From positions 1 through 47,183 of the forward strand of contig DASYPZ010000009.1 in NCBI GenBank assembly GCA_036006105.1: a DNA stretch of 47,183 nt. Reading direction: 5' to 3'. A program made the position numbers and the translations under genes. Each line of letters begins with the position of its first letter. Position 1 is the first letter of the stretch. Source of the stretch: Gemmatimonadales bacterium (GTDB lineage: Bacteria; Gemmatimonadota; Gemmatimonadetes; Gemmatimonadales; GWC2-71-9). Shown here in pieces: positions 33,306 through 42,373 of the stretch. The notes under the pieces were generated by a model, which saw nothing but the letters and a program-made list of their open reading frames with translations, made no database searches and was not told the origin of the DNA.

Positions 33306-35159
33306 GTGCGCGCCCGCCTCAGGCTCCTGCTCCTCTATCTGGCGTACTGGATGGTGTTTTTCGCCGTCCTGCGGGCCGTGTTCCTGCTGTTTTTTCACCG
33401 GCTCGCCGGAGCGCTTCCCCCCGGCACGCTGCTGGCCACGTTCCGGCACGGGCTGCCGCTCGATCTGTCCGCCTCGGCCTATCTCGCCCTGATTCCGTTC
33501 CTGCTCATCGCGCTCTCCACGTTCGCCGGATTCACTCGGTTTGCCGCGCGACTCATCCTGGCGTACACCGCGGGCGCGGTCGCCGTGGTTGCGCTGCTGG
33601 CCGCGGCGGATCTGGAAATTTTTCGGGAGTGGGGCCGCCGCATCGACGCCGCGGTCCTGCAATACCTGACCCACCCGCGTGAAATCTGGGCCTCTGCCGG
33701 CGGCGGCGCCCCCTGGCTCCTGCTCGGCATCTTTGCGCTGCTGACGCTGACGTTCGTGCTGCTGGGGTGGCGGATCCTCCGGCCTCGACTGCTTTCCCTT
33801 CCACCCGCCCATCCGATCGGCGTGCTCCCCTTGTTGTTTGCTGCCGCGCTCCTGTTCGTGCCGGCGCGAGGCGGGATCCAGCAGATTCCGATCAATCAGA
33901 GCAGTGCCTACTTCACCGCCGAGCCGTTCGCCAACCAGGCCGCGATCAACGTCGGCTGGAATTTCTTCGATTCGTGGATCCGGGGACTCAACCGGCACGA
34001 CAACCCGTACATCGTGCTGTCGGCGGATTCGGCCCGGACGATGGTGGACGCCCGCACCAATGCGAATCTCGAGGCTCGCCGAGTCCTGTCGGTCGACCGG
34101 CCCAATATCCTGCTGATCGTGTGGGAGAGCTTCACCGCGAGATCGGTGGAGCGGCTCGGCGGGGTGACGGGCGCCACGCCGGAGTTCGCGGCTCTGGCGG
34201 ATTCGGGGCTTCTCTTCACACGGCTCTACGCCGCGGGGGACCGAACCGAGAAGGGCCTGGCCGCGCTGTTGTCGGGCGCTCCCACGGTGCCCAACGCCTC
34301 GATCCTCACCATACCGTCGAAGGCCCGCACCCTGCCGATGCTGTCGCGGGATCTCCGCGATGCGGGATACGCCACGGCGTTCTACTATGGCGGCGAGCTC
34401 GGATTCGCCAACCTCAAGGGGTTCGTCCTCGAGGGACGCTTCGACCGGATCGTCGGGAAGGAGGATTTTCCCGATTCATCCCGGACGTCCAAGTGGGGAG
34501 CCCACGACGAGGCCGCCGCCCGGCGGGTCGAGTCCGATCTGCAAAGCATGAAGACGCCGTTCTTCGCGACCTGGCTCACGCTCAGCAGCCACGAGCCGTT
34601 CGATGTGCCGGGCGCGGAACGGCTGGTCGGCGCGGACGGAGAAACCCGGTTCCTCAACTCGCTTCGCTACACCGACCGGGTGCTGGGCGAGTTTCTTCGT
34701 CGCGGATCCAGGGAGGCCTGGTGGGCCAACACGCTGGTGATCATCGTCGCCGATCATTCCAAGAAACTCGAGAAAACCGATGCCAACGTCCCCTACAAAT
34801 CCGCCGGGAGCTGGTATCACATACCGATGCTCTGGACCGGAGGCGCGCTGAGGGCCCGGGGAGAGGTTACGGACGAGATCATGAGTCAGACCGATCTCGC
34901 GCCCACGCTGCTGGCGCAGCTGGGGATTCCCGGCGGAGAGCGCTATCGCTTCGGCCGGTCGGTGTTCAGCGCCCCGAAACGCCCCTGGGCGTACTACGGA
35001 TTCGACGATGGGTTCGGCCTGGTCACCCCGCGGGGCGGTTTCGTGTGGGAGCACGTGCCCAACCGGATCACCTCACAGACCGGGGTGGTCGATCCGGCTG
35101 ATCTCCGGTTGGGCCGGGCGATGCTGCAGGTGACGTTCCAGGACTATCTGAATCGGTGA
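33306..35159 (+). CDS. LTA-synthase / phosphoglycerol-transferase family membrane sulfatase-fold enzyme (alkaline-phosphatase superfamily)
   Basis: Five N-terminal TM helices, then an extracytoplasmic sulfatase domain (PNILLIVWESFTARS ... KWGAHDE ... LVIIVADHS). 617 aa. GTG start. Confidence 0.8.
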   Translation: MRARLRLLLLYLAYWMVFFAVLRAVFLLFFHRLAGALPPGTLLATFRHGLPLDLSASAYLALIPFLLIALSTFAGFTRFAARLILAYTAGAVAVVALLAAADLEIFREWGRRIDAAVLQYLTHPREIWASAGGGAPWLLLGIFALLTLTFVLLGWRILRPRLLSLPPAHPIGVLPLLFAAALLFVPARGGIQQIPINQSSAYFTAEPFANQAAINVGWNFFDSWIRGLNRHDNPYIVLSADSARTMVDARTNANLEARRVLSVDRPNILLIVWESFTARSVERLGGVTGATPEFAALADSGLLFTRLYAAGDRTEKGLAALLSGAPTVPNASILTIPSKARTLPMLSRDLRDAGYATAFYYGGELGFANLKGFVLEGRFDRIVGKEDFPDSSRTSKWGAHDEAAARRVESDLQSMKTPFFATWLTLSSHEPFDVPGAERLVGADGETRFLNSLRYTDRVLGEFLRRGSREAWWANTLVIIVADHSKKLEKTDANVPYKSAGSWYHIPMLWTGGALRARGEVTDEIMSQTDLAPTLLAQLGIPGGERYRFGRSVFSAPKRPWAYYGFDDGFGLVTPRGGFVWEHVPNRITSQTGVVDPADLRLGRAMLQVTFQDYLNR

Positions 35160-35160
35160 A

Positions 35161-36810
35161 TCAGATCTCTCCCCGCTTGGCCAGCCCCGCGATCCGATCT
35201 CCGGCCCGGAACGCCAGTGCCATGATCGTCATCGTCGGCTGGCCCCGCCCCGACGTCACCATGCTGCTCCCGTCGCAAATGAACAGGTTCTCGACGTCGT
35301 GGGTACGATGGTCGATGTCGACCACCGACGTCTTGGGATCCTTCCCCATCCGGCAGGTCCCCAGGAGATGCGCGGTGAACTGCTGTTCAATCGCAGGATA
35401 GGCCACCCACTTCTTCTGGGCCCCCGCGGCTTCGAGGATCTCCATCTGACGGTCGAGCAGGAACTGGGAGATCTTGAGGTCATCGGGATGATCCTTGTAG
35501 GTCACCCGGAGAGCGGGAATGCCCCAGTCGTCCTTCGCCTTGGGATCGAGCGTGATGTTGTTGGTCGGCACCGGGAGCGAGGTGGTGTGCCCCGCCACCG
35601 TCATCGAGCGGCTGAAGGAATCGGCCAGCATCTTCTTGTACGCGCTGCCCCAGGTGGGAGCGTCGGCGGGCAGGGCGCCCAGGGCAAACTGAATCGGGTA
35701 TTGCTGAAACCGCGCGTCCATCCCGCCGCCGCCGTAGAAGCCCCGCTTGGGATCACTGTCGTAGAAGTCGTGCGAGAGCCGGGTGCACTGAATGCTCTTG
35801 TACTCGTTGAGGGGGTGCTCGAAGACGCCCATGGCGGCGGCGCCGCCGTTGAACATCAGGTTCTTCCCCACCATCCCGCTCGAGTTTGCGAGCCCATCGG
35901 GGAACCGGCTCGATGCCGAGTTGAAGAGCAGCCGCGGCGTTTCCGCGCCGTTGGCGCAGAGGATCACGGCCTTGGCTCGCTGGTGGTGCTCCTTCTTCTG
36001 GGCGTCGAAGTAGGTCACCCCGGTGGCCCGGCCCCGCGCGTCGAGCTCGACCTTGCGCACGTAGCTGTTGGGCCGGATCTCGCACTTGCCGGTCGCCTCG
36101 GCCACCGGGATCATCGACGCGAGACTGGAGCTCTTGGCCCCGAATTCACAGCCATACTCCATGCAGTAGCCGCAGTGCTGGCAGGCGTTGCGCCCGTTGA
36201 ATGGCTTGGACAGGATCGCCATCGGCGAGGATTGCGGATGGAGCCCCAGCTTCCGGGCGCCGCGCTCGAACAGCACGCCGGATGATTTGACCGGCATCGG
36301 CGGAAGCGGGTAGGGCCGGGAGCGGGGCGGGTCGAACGGTCCGGGCGTGCCGGAGACACCCACCTCCCAGTCTACCTTGGTGTAATACGGCTCCAGCTCG
36401 GCGTAGGTGATGGGCCAGTCCTGCAAGTCTGCCCCGGGAACGCCGCCCAGCAGGCTCCGCTCCATGAAATCCTTCTCGTGGAGCCGCCAGAAATTGGCGG
36501 TGAAGTGGACGCTGCTGCCGCCCACCAGCCGGGCGTAGAGCAGCAATCCATCGCCCACCTTCGCCTCGTCCTTATCGGTCTTTCTCCAGGCGGTCGGCGC
36601 GGGATTGGCGATGCCATTGCGGAAGTGATACTTGAACTCATCGTGCTCGAACTGACTCGGGTCGAGCCGGGGGCCCTGCTCCATCACCACCACGGAATGA
36701 CCGTGGCTGGAGAGCTCCTTGGCGATGACTCCACCGGCGGCTCCGGAGCCGACGATCACGAAGTCCACGGCGGTGGTGGTGGGGTAGGTAACCCGGGGGC
36801 GCGTCTGCAT
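35161..36810 (-). CDS. GMC-family FAD oxidoreductase (gluconate 2-dehydrogenase flavoprotein-like large subunit)
   Basis: FAD motif VDFVIVGSGAAGGVIAKELS ... VVVMEQG. C-terminal GMC signature ...LLGTCRMGKDPKTSVVD ... NLFICDGSS. Sits 3 nt downstream of a Tat-signal small subunit gene. Confidence 0.88.
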   Translation of the reverse strand: MQTRPRVTYPTTTAVDFVIVGSGAAGGVIAKELSSHGHSVVVMEQGPRLDPSQFEHDEFKYHFRNGIANPAPTAWRKTDKDEAKVGDGLLLYARLVGGSSVHFTANFWRLHEKDFMERSLLGGVPGADLQDWPITYAELEPYYTKVDWEVGVSGTPGPFDPPRSRPYPLPPMPVKSSGVLFERGARKLGLHPQSSPMAILSKPFNGRNACQHCGYCMEYGCEFGAKSSSLASMIPVAEATGKCEIRPNSYVRKVELDARGRATGVTYFDAQKKEHHQRAKAVILCANGAETPRLLFNSASSRFPDGLANSSGMVGKNLMFNGGAAAMGVFEHPLNEYKSIQCTRLSHDFYDSDPKRGFYGGGGMDARFQQYPIQFALGALPADAPTWGSAYKKMLADSFSRSMTVAGHTTSLPVPTNNITLDPKAKDDWGIPALRVTYKDHPDDLKISQFLLDRQMEILEAAGAQKKWVAYPAIEQQFTAHLLGTCRMGKDPKTSVVDIDHRTHDVENLFICDGSSMVTSGRGQPTMTIMALAFRAGDRIAGLAKRGEI

Positions 36811-36813
36811 CGG

Positions 36814-37395
36814 TCAGCCCCCCTTCAGGACTTCGGCGTCGTAGTAGCCGAAGGGTGGCTGGTTGATGCCGTGGGACTCGAAGCCGATGAGCTTCCACCC
36901 CACCTGGCCCTGGTTTCCGCCGTAGGACGGGTTCTGGAACATCCCGACCAGCGTGCCAAAGCGGACCTGCCCGAAGAATTCGGTCTTCTCGATGTCCCGG
37001 AGCAGCTCATCCTGCTGGTCCGGCTTCAGGGCGGCAAAGGCGCTGGTGCCCGGCCATTTCGCCTTGGCGCGCTGATTCACGTCCGCGAGTCCCGCGATGA
37101 CCGGCTCCTTGAGGTCGGCCGCAAACGTCGCCAGTGCCTTGTCCATGGAATGGATGACACCTGCCTCCTTCGCGCCGGGAGTGCCGTCCGATGGCATGAT
37201 CCGCATCGCGATCGCTTCGAGGTCGGCCGCCTGGGCCGCGGTCAGCGCGTCGAACCGGTAAGGCGGCGGCAGCATCACGGTCTTCCGGGCGTGCATCAGC
37301 GCGGCCTGGACCTGTTCCGGGTCGGCGGCCAGCCAGAGCGCTCCCGCGGCACCCGCTGCGGCGAGAAAGGCACGTCGAGACACCTGATCGGTCAT
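36814..37395 (-). CDS. Gluconate 2-dehydrogenase subunit-3-like small subunit with twin-arginine signal
   Basis: MTDQVSRRAFLAAAGAAGALWLAA Tat signal. 193 aa. Invariably found upstream of GMC flavoprotein subunits, which it carries through Tat. Confidence 0.75.
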   Translation of the reverse strand: MTDQVSRRAFLAAAGAAGALWLAADPEQVQAALMHARKTVMLPPPYRFDALTAAQAADLEAIAMRIMPSDGTPGAKEAGVIHSMDKALATFAADLKEPVIAGLADVNQRAKAKWPGTSAFAALKPDQQDELLRDIEKTEFFGQVRFGTLVGMFQNPSYGGNQGQVGWKLIGFESHGINQPPFGYYDAEVLKGG

Positions 37396-37455
37396 GAACT
37401 CTCCGGGAAGGGACTGTGAGTTACCGCCGTGCTGCTGCCGGGACTGCCGCTGATC

Positions 37456-38385
37456 TCAGGAAAACGCGCTCTTCACCACGAACCAGACATTGGCCGGTCG
37501 CTCGGCCAGCCGGCGCATGTACCAGGGGAACCACGAGCTGCCGTAGCTGATCAGCGTCTTCACCGTGCGCCCGCGCGCCGCCAGGGCCCGTTGTTCCGCC
37601 ATCCGGATGCCGTACAGCATATGGATCTCGTACCCGGTATCGGGGACCTTCAACGCCGAGGCCTTTCCGGTGATGCGCTCGAGCAGACCTATATCGTGGG
37701 TTCCGAAGATCGGCAGCGCGTTGCCCTTGGCGGCGGCGTTGAGCAGCTCGACCGCCAGGTCGTAATACGCGAGGTCGGTATCGCGCTTGGCCGGAAAGGC
37801 CACATGGGCGGGTTCGGCGTAGGCGCCCTTCACCAGGCGGACCGTGGGCTGCAGGGGCAGCAGGGCCGCGAGATCCTGCGGTGTGCGCCGAAGATAGGCC
37901 TGCATCGCGAGACCGACCCGCCGGTGCCGCGAGCGCAGGGTCCGATACAGCTCCAGGGTCCGGTCGACGTAGCTCGAGTCTTCCATGTCGAGCCAGAAGT
38001 ACACCCCGAGGGCCTCGGCTTTCTGGGCCAGGGTCTCGAGGTGCTCCGCGCAGCGGCTCTGGGAAAAATCGAGCCCGAGTTGCGTCGGTTTGACGCTCAC
38101 ATGGGAGTTGAGTTTCCGGGCCGCCACCTGACCGATCACCTCGAGGTAGTGATCCCGCACCGCATCGGCCTCGCTCTGCGCGGTGAGATTCTCCCCCAGC
38201 TTGGTCAGAACCGTGCCCAGGCGGTCCTTGGACAGGGCGACCGAGGCATCCAGCGCATCGCCCAGCTCCTCCCCGGGCATGAATTTCTTTACGGCCTTCC
38301 GGGCAAAGGAACGAGTCATCACCTTGTCGGACAACCAGCGACTCTTGGACATGCGCAGGAGGGCGCTGCGGGCGAGAGATGGCAT
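37456..38385 (-). CDS. Proline dehydrogenase (monofunctional, PutA-N-like TIM barrel)
   Basis: MPSLARSALLRMSKSRWLSDKVMTRSFARKAVKKFMPGEELGDAL ... LGENLT ... VSVKPTQLG ... YFWLDMEDS ... VRLVKGAY ... FGTHD ... YEIHMLYG matches the PRODH family. ATG at 38385 is chosen; the 37-codon upstream extension (to 38496) runs into selO. Confidence 0.85.
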   Translation of the reverse strand: MPSLARSALLRMSKSRWLSDKVMTRSFARKAVKKFMPGEELGDALDASVALSKDRLGTVLTKLGENLTAQSEADAVRDHYLEVIGQVAARKLNSHVSVKPTQLGLDFSQSRCAEHLETLAQKAEALGVYFWLDMEDSSYVDRTLELYRTLRSRHRRVGLAMQAYLRRTPQDLAALLPLQPTVRLVKGAYAEPAHVAFPAKRDTDLAYYDLAVELLNAAAKGNALPIFGTHDIGLLERITGKASALKVPDTGYEIHMLYGIRMAEQRALAARGRTVKTLISYGSSWFPWYMRRLAERPANVWFVVKSAFS

Positions 38386-39929
38386 GGAGAGAATATGCCT
38401 ATCTTTCCATCGTGCGCCACCTCGAGGACCTCCCCTTCGACAACAGCTACGCCCGGCTCCCGCCGGCGTTCTATGAAGTCGTCGATCCGACGCCACTCCC
38501 CGACCCCTACCTGGTGGCCTTCAATCCCGACGCCGCCGCCTTGCTGGACCTCGCGCCCGACTCGGCCCGGGACCCCGCGCTGCCGTACTACCTGAGCGGA
38601 GCCCGGCGGATTCCCGGCGCCGAACCGATCGCCGAGGCGTACGCGGGGCATCAGTTCGGCGTGTGGGTGCCCCAGCTCGGAGACGGCCGGGCTTTCCTGC
38701 TCGGTCAGGTCAGAAACGGTGACACGACCTGGGATGTCCATCTCAAGGGAGGCGGACGCACCCGATACTCCCGGTTCGGGGACGGACGCGCCGTCCTCCG
38801 CTCGACCATCCGTGAATACCTCGCCTCCGAAGCGATGCACGGGCTGGGCATTCCCACGTCGCGCGCGCTTTGCATCGTGGGGAGCGACTTCCCGGTCCAG
38901 CGGGAAACGGTGGAAACCGCGGCCACCCTGATCCGCCTGGCGCCGACCCATGTCCGGTTCGGCACCTTCGAGCTCTTCGCGTCCCGGGGAGAGACCGACC
39001 TGGTGCGGCAGCTCGCTGATTACGTGATCGAGCACCACTTCCCGGAGCTGGCCGGCGATCCGGACCGGGTGCGGCACCTGTTCGGCCTGGCCACCCGCCG
39101 TACCGGGGTCCTGATGGCGCAATGGATGGCGGCTGGATTCAGCCATGGGGTGATGAACACCGACAACATGTCCATCCTGGGGCTGACCCTCGACTATGGC
39201 CCGTACGGATTCCTGGATGACTACGATCCCGACTTCATCTGCAACCACACCGACGTGGAGGGTCGCTACGGTTTCGGGCAACAGCCGGGAATCGGAATGT
39301 GGAACTGTGCCAGGCTGGGAGAAGCCCTGCTGATAGCGGATCCGGCGCTGGGGCGGGGGAACGAGTCATCCGCGGGTCAGCCAGATCCGGCGCTGGCCGG
39401 ATGGCAGGCGGAGCTCGAGTCCTACTGGGACGCGTTTGCCCCCGAATACGGCCGCTTGATGCGCGCCAAGCTCGGACTCCGCACCGAGAGCGAGTCGGAC
39501 CCCGCGCTGTTCCGCGATCTGTTCGGATTCCTCCGCGACGGCAAGGCCGACTACACGAATTTTTTCCGGGAGCTCGGCACCTTCGAGAGTGCCGGCGGCG
39601 GCACCTGGCCGGTCGGCCACGAACCGCGGCTCTCCGGCGATCGTGCCGCGCTCGACGCCTGGGCGGTGCGTTACGCCGAGCGGCTGCGGGCCGAAGCCAG
39701 CGTCGATTCGGAGCGGGCCGCCAGGATGCGCCGGGCCAATCCCAAGTTCGTGCTCCGGAACTGGATCGCCCAGGAGGCGATCGAGCGCGCCCTCCAGAAG
39801 GATTACGCCTTCATCGAGGAGCTCCGCAGGCTATTCGCGGCACCCTACGATGAACATCCCGGGAATGAACGGCTGGCCCAGCCGCCCAGCCCGGCGGACC
39901 GGGGCATCAGCGTGAGCTGCTCCTCGTAG
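38379..39929 (+). CDS. selO: Protein adenylyltransferase SelO (YdiU/UPF0061 pseudokinase-fold AMPylase)
   Basis: LPFDNSYARLPPAFY, GHQFGVWVPQLGDGRA, GDGRAVLRSTIREYLASEAMHGLGIPTSRAL, HGVMNTDNMSILGLTLDYGPYGF. C-terminus ...VSCSS has Cys at the antepenultimate position, where eukaryotic SelO carries selenocysteine. ATG at 38379 overlaps the divergent PRODH start. GTG at 38412 (VRHLEDLPFDNSY) is an alternative. Confidence 0.92.
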   Translation: MAWREYAYLSIVRHLEDLPFDNSYARLPPAFYEVVDPTPLPDPYLVAFNPDAAALLDLAPDSARDPALPYYLSGARRIPGAEPIAEAYAGHQFGVWVPQLGDGRAFLLGQVRNGDTTWDVHLKGGGRTRYSRFGDGRAVLRSTIREYLASEAMHGLGIPTSRALCIVGSDFPVQRETVETAATLIRLAPTHVRFGTFELFASRGETDLVRQLADYVIEHHFPELAGDPDRVRHLFGLATRRTGVLMAQWMAAGFSHGVMNTDNMSILGLTLDYGPYGFLDDYDPDFICNHTDVEGRYGFGQQPGIGMWNCARLGEALLIADPALGRGNESSAGQPDPALAGWQAELESYWDAFAPEYGRLMRAKLGLRTESESDPALFRDLFGFLRDGKADYTNFFRELGTFESAGGGTWPVGHEPRLSGDRAALDAWAVRYAERLRAEASVDSERAARMRRANPKFVLRNWIAQEAIERALQKDYAFIEELRRLFAAPYDEHPGNERLAQPPSPADRGISVSCSS

Positions 39930-39934
39930 AACCA

Positions 39935-41233
39935 TCATCCCGCATCGAGCGCGAGGAGGGTCTGCAACAACACGTTGGCGCCGTTCTCGATGTCCGCCGG
40001 TTTGGAATACTCCTTGGGTGAATGGCTGATGCCGGCCTGGCTCGGGATGAAGATCATGCCCACCGGTCCGAGCCGGGCCATTTCCTGGGCATCGTGGCCC
40101 GCGCCGCTCGGCAGCTCCATGGTGGCGAGCCCGAGGCCCCTGGCCGCCGTCGCAATGGTGCGCCGGATCTTCGGGTCGGTCAGCGCCGGCACGCTGGCGA
40201 GGGTTTCCTGGAACGCGACGGTGCACCCGGCGGCGCGGGCCAGCCGCTCACATTCCGCGCGGATCTTCCGGTAAAAGCCCAGGGTCTTCGCGTCGTCGAG
40301 CTCGCGCAGCTCGAGTCCGAAGACCACCCGTCCCGGGATCACGTTGTAGGCGCCCGGTTCCACCTGAATCTTTCCGACGGTCCCCACCTGCCGGCCGGGG
40401 ACGCTGGTCACGATCCGGTTCACCGCCTCGATGCAACGGGCCGCCACCAGGAGCGCGTCGCGCCGGCCCTTCATCGGAGTCGTGCCGGCGTGATTGGAGA
40501 ATCCCTCCACCGTCACGTCCCAGTGCCGGATCCCGACGATGCCCAGCACCACCCCGATGGGGATCCCGGCCTCCGCCAGCCGGCCACCCTGCTCGATATG
40601 AAGCTCGAGGTAGGCCGCGATGTCGCCGGCGGCGCGGCGGGCCGATTCGAGCCGGTCGGGATCTCCCCCGAGGAAGCGAATCCCCTCCCGAAACGTCTTG
40701 CCGCTCTGGGACACCCGGTCCAGCTCCGCCGCCGGAAGTCCACCGCTGATGGCGTGGCTTCCGATAGTGCCGCCTTCCTCGTTCTCGAAGATCAGGATCT
40801 CGAGCGGATGCCGCAGCGACATCCCCGCCGACGCCAGGGTCTCCGCCACCTCGATCGCTCCCATCGATCCGACCTGGCCGTCATAGTTGCCGCCCATGGG
40901 AACCGAGTCGATGTGGGAGCCCAGGACGATCGGCTTGAGCGACGGATCCGATCCCGGCCGCCTGCCGACCAGATTGGCGGCGGTATCGACCGACACCTCG
41001 AGCCGCGCCGCCCGCATCCACTCCATCACCACCTGGCGGGCCTGGCGGTCGAACTCGGTATAGGCCACCCGGCTCACTCCGCCCTGGGGATTCTTGCCGA
41101 ATTCGCTCAGCGCCGTGAGATGGGCGTTGATGCGGGCGCCGTCCACCCGAAGCGCCGGTGGCCTCAGCCGGAGCGGAAATGCGCCAGCGGCGAGCATGGA
41201 GACGACGCTGGTACTGAAATCACGACGATTCAT
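39935..41233 (-). CDS. M20-family amidohydrolase (allantoate amidohydrolase / N-carbamoyl-L-amino-acid hydrolase type) with Tat-like signal
   Basis: INAHLTALSEFG ... GGVSRVAYT ... VDTAANLVGRRPG ... LGSHIDSVPMGGNYDGQVG ... GAGHDA are hallmarks of the AmaB/AllC group. The N-terminus MNRRDFSTSVVSMLAAGAFPL resembles a twin-arginine signal. Confidence 0.82.
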   Translation of the reverse strand: MNRRDFSTSVVSMLAAGAFPLRLRPPALRVDGARINAHLTALSEFGKNPQGGVSRVAYTEFDRQARQVVMEWMRAARLEVSVDTAANLVGRRPGSDPSLKPIVLGSHIDSVPMGGNYDGQVGSMGAIEVAETLASAGMSLRHPLEILIFENEEGGTIGSHAISGGLPAAELDRVSQSGKTFREGIRFLGGDPDRLESARRAAGDIAAYLELHIEQGGRLAEAGIPIGVVLGIVGIRHWDVTVEGFSNHAGTTPMKGRRDALLVAARCIEAVNRIVTSVPGRQVGTVGKIQVEPGAYNVIPGRVVFGLELRELDDAKTLGFYRKIRAECERLARAAGCTVAFQETLASVPALTDPKIRRTIATAARGLGLATMELPSGAGHDAQEMARLGPVGMIFIPSQAGISHSPKEYSKPADIENGANVLLQTLLALDAG

Positions 41234-41274
41234 ACATTCCTCGGGGCTCGCGGTGACGGTCCGACCGGGGTAAC

Positions 41275-42369
41275 ATGAAAGCCGGCTTTCTCCGGAGAAA
41301 AGACGTGAAGCTCCACCTGATGCTGGCCGCCCTCATCGCATGTCCTTCCGCGGCCCATGCGCTGCGACAGGCGCCCGACTCTCACGCCGTCGTCACCGTC
41401 GGGACCGCGACCGCCAAACGCGGCGAGAAGGCGTACGGGGAGATCGTGGTGCCCGCCGGGGTCGATTCAGGCACCCGGATCGCGGTGGCGGTGATCAACG
41501 GGTCCCGTCCCGGACCGGTGCTCGCGGTGGTGTCGGGAGCCCACGGCACCGAATACGCCTCGATCGTCGCGGTGTCCCGGCTGATCGACCGGATCGACCC
41601 GGCCGGTCTGGCCGGGACCGTGATCCTGATTCCCCTGGTCAACGTCGCCTCCTTCGAGCAGAAGGTGCCGCACGTCAACCCGATCGACCACAAGAGCATG
41701 AACCGGTACTATCCCGGCAATCCCTCCGGCACCCAGACCGAGCGCGCCTCGTATCTCATTACCAAGGAAGTCGTGGAGCAGAGCGATCACCTGATCGATC
41801 TGCACGGCGGCGACCTCGACGAGAGTCTCCGGCCTTACAGTTACTGGACCGTCACCGGCAACGCCGCCCAGGACTCGATCTCGCGCGGCATGGTGCTGGC
41901 CTTCGGGCTGGATCATATCATCATCTCGACCGATCGGCCTACCGACCCGGCCGCGTCGCGCTATCTCGAGAACACGGCCAGCACCCGGGGCAAGCCCTCG
42001 ATCACCGCCGAAGCAGGATTCTCGGGAATGGTCACAACCGCCGACGTGGACGCGCTGATCGACGGGTCGCTCAACGTCATGGGCTATCTGCACATGATGG
42101 TCCGGCCGAGCCAGAAGAAGAAGAACCTCATCTGGTTCGACAAGGTGGTGACCGTCACCAGCGACTCCGCCGGCATCTTCAACCCCTTGGTCCAGCGCGA
42201 TACCTGGGTCAGCGCCGGCATGAAGCTGGGCTACGTCACCGACTACCTGGGACGGAGGCTGTTCGAGGCCGTGGCGCCGGAGGCGGGGCTGGTGCTGTAC
42301 ATCGACGCGGTACCCACCATGCTGAAGGGCGGGACGGTGGCGAACATCGGGATTCAGAAGAAGCCGTGA
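41275..42369 (+). CDS. Succinylglutamate desuccinylase/aspartoacylase-family zinc deacylase (M14-like), secreted
   Basis: SGAHGTEYAS (HxxE zinc site), NRYYPGNPSGTQTERAS, DLHGGD. Signal peptide ...LMLAALIACPSAAHA. GTG at 41305 is an alternative start. Confidence 0.8.
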   Translation: MKAGFLRRKDVKLHLMLAALIACPSAAHALRQAPDSHAVVTVGTATAKRGEKAYGEIVVPAGVDSGTRIAVAVINGSRPGPVLAVVSGAHGTEYASIVAVSRLIDRIDPAGLAGTVILIPLVNVASFEQKVPHVNPIDHKSMNRYYPGNPSGTQTERASYLITKEVVEQSDHLIDLHGGDLDESLRPYSYWTVTGNAAQDSISRGMVLAFGLDHIIISTDRPTDPAASRYLENTASTRGKPSITAEAGFSGMVTTADVDALIDGSLNVMGYLHMMVRPSQKKKNLIWFDKVVTVTSDSAGIFNPLVQRDTWVSAGMKLGYVTDYLGRRLFEAVAPEAGLVLYIDAVPTMLKGGTVANIGIQKKP

Positions 42370-42373
42370 GGCA

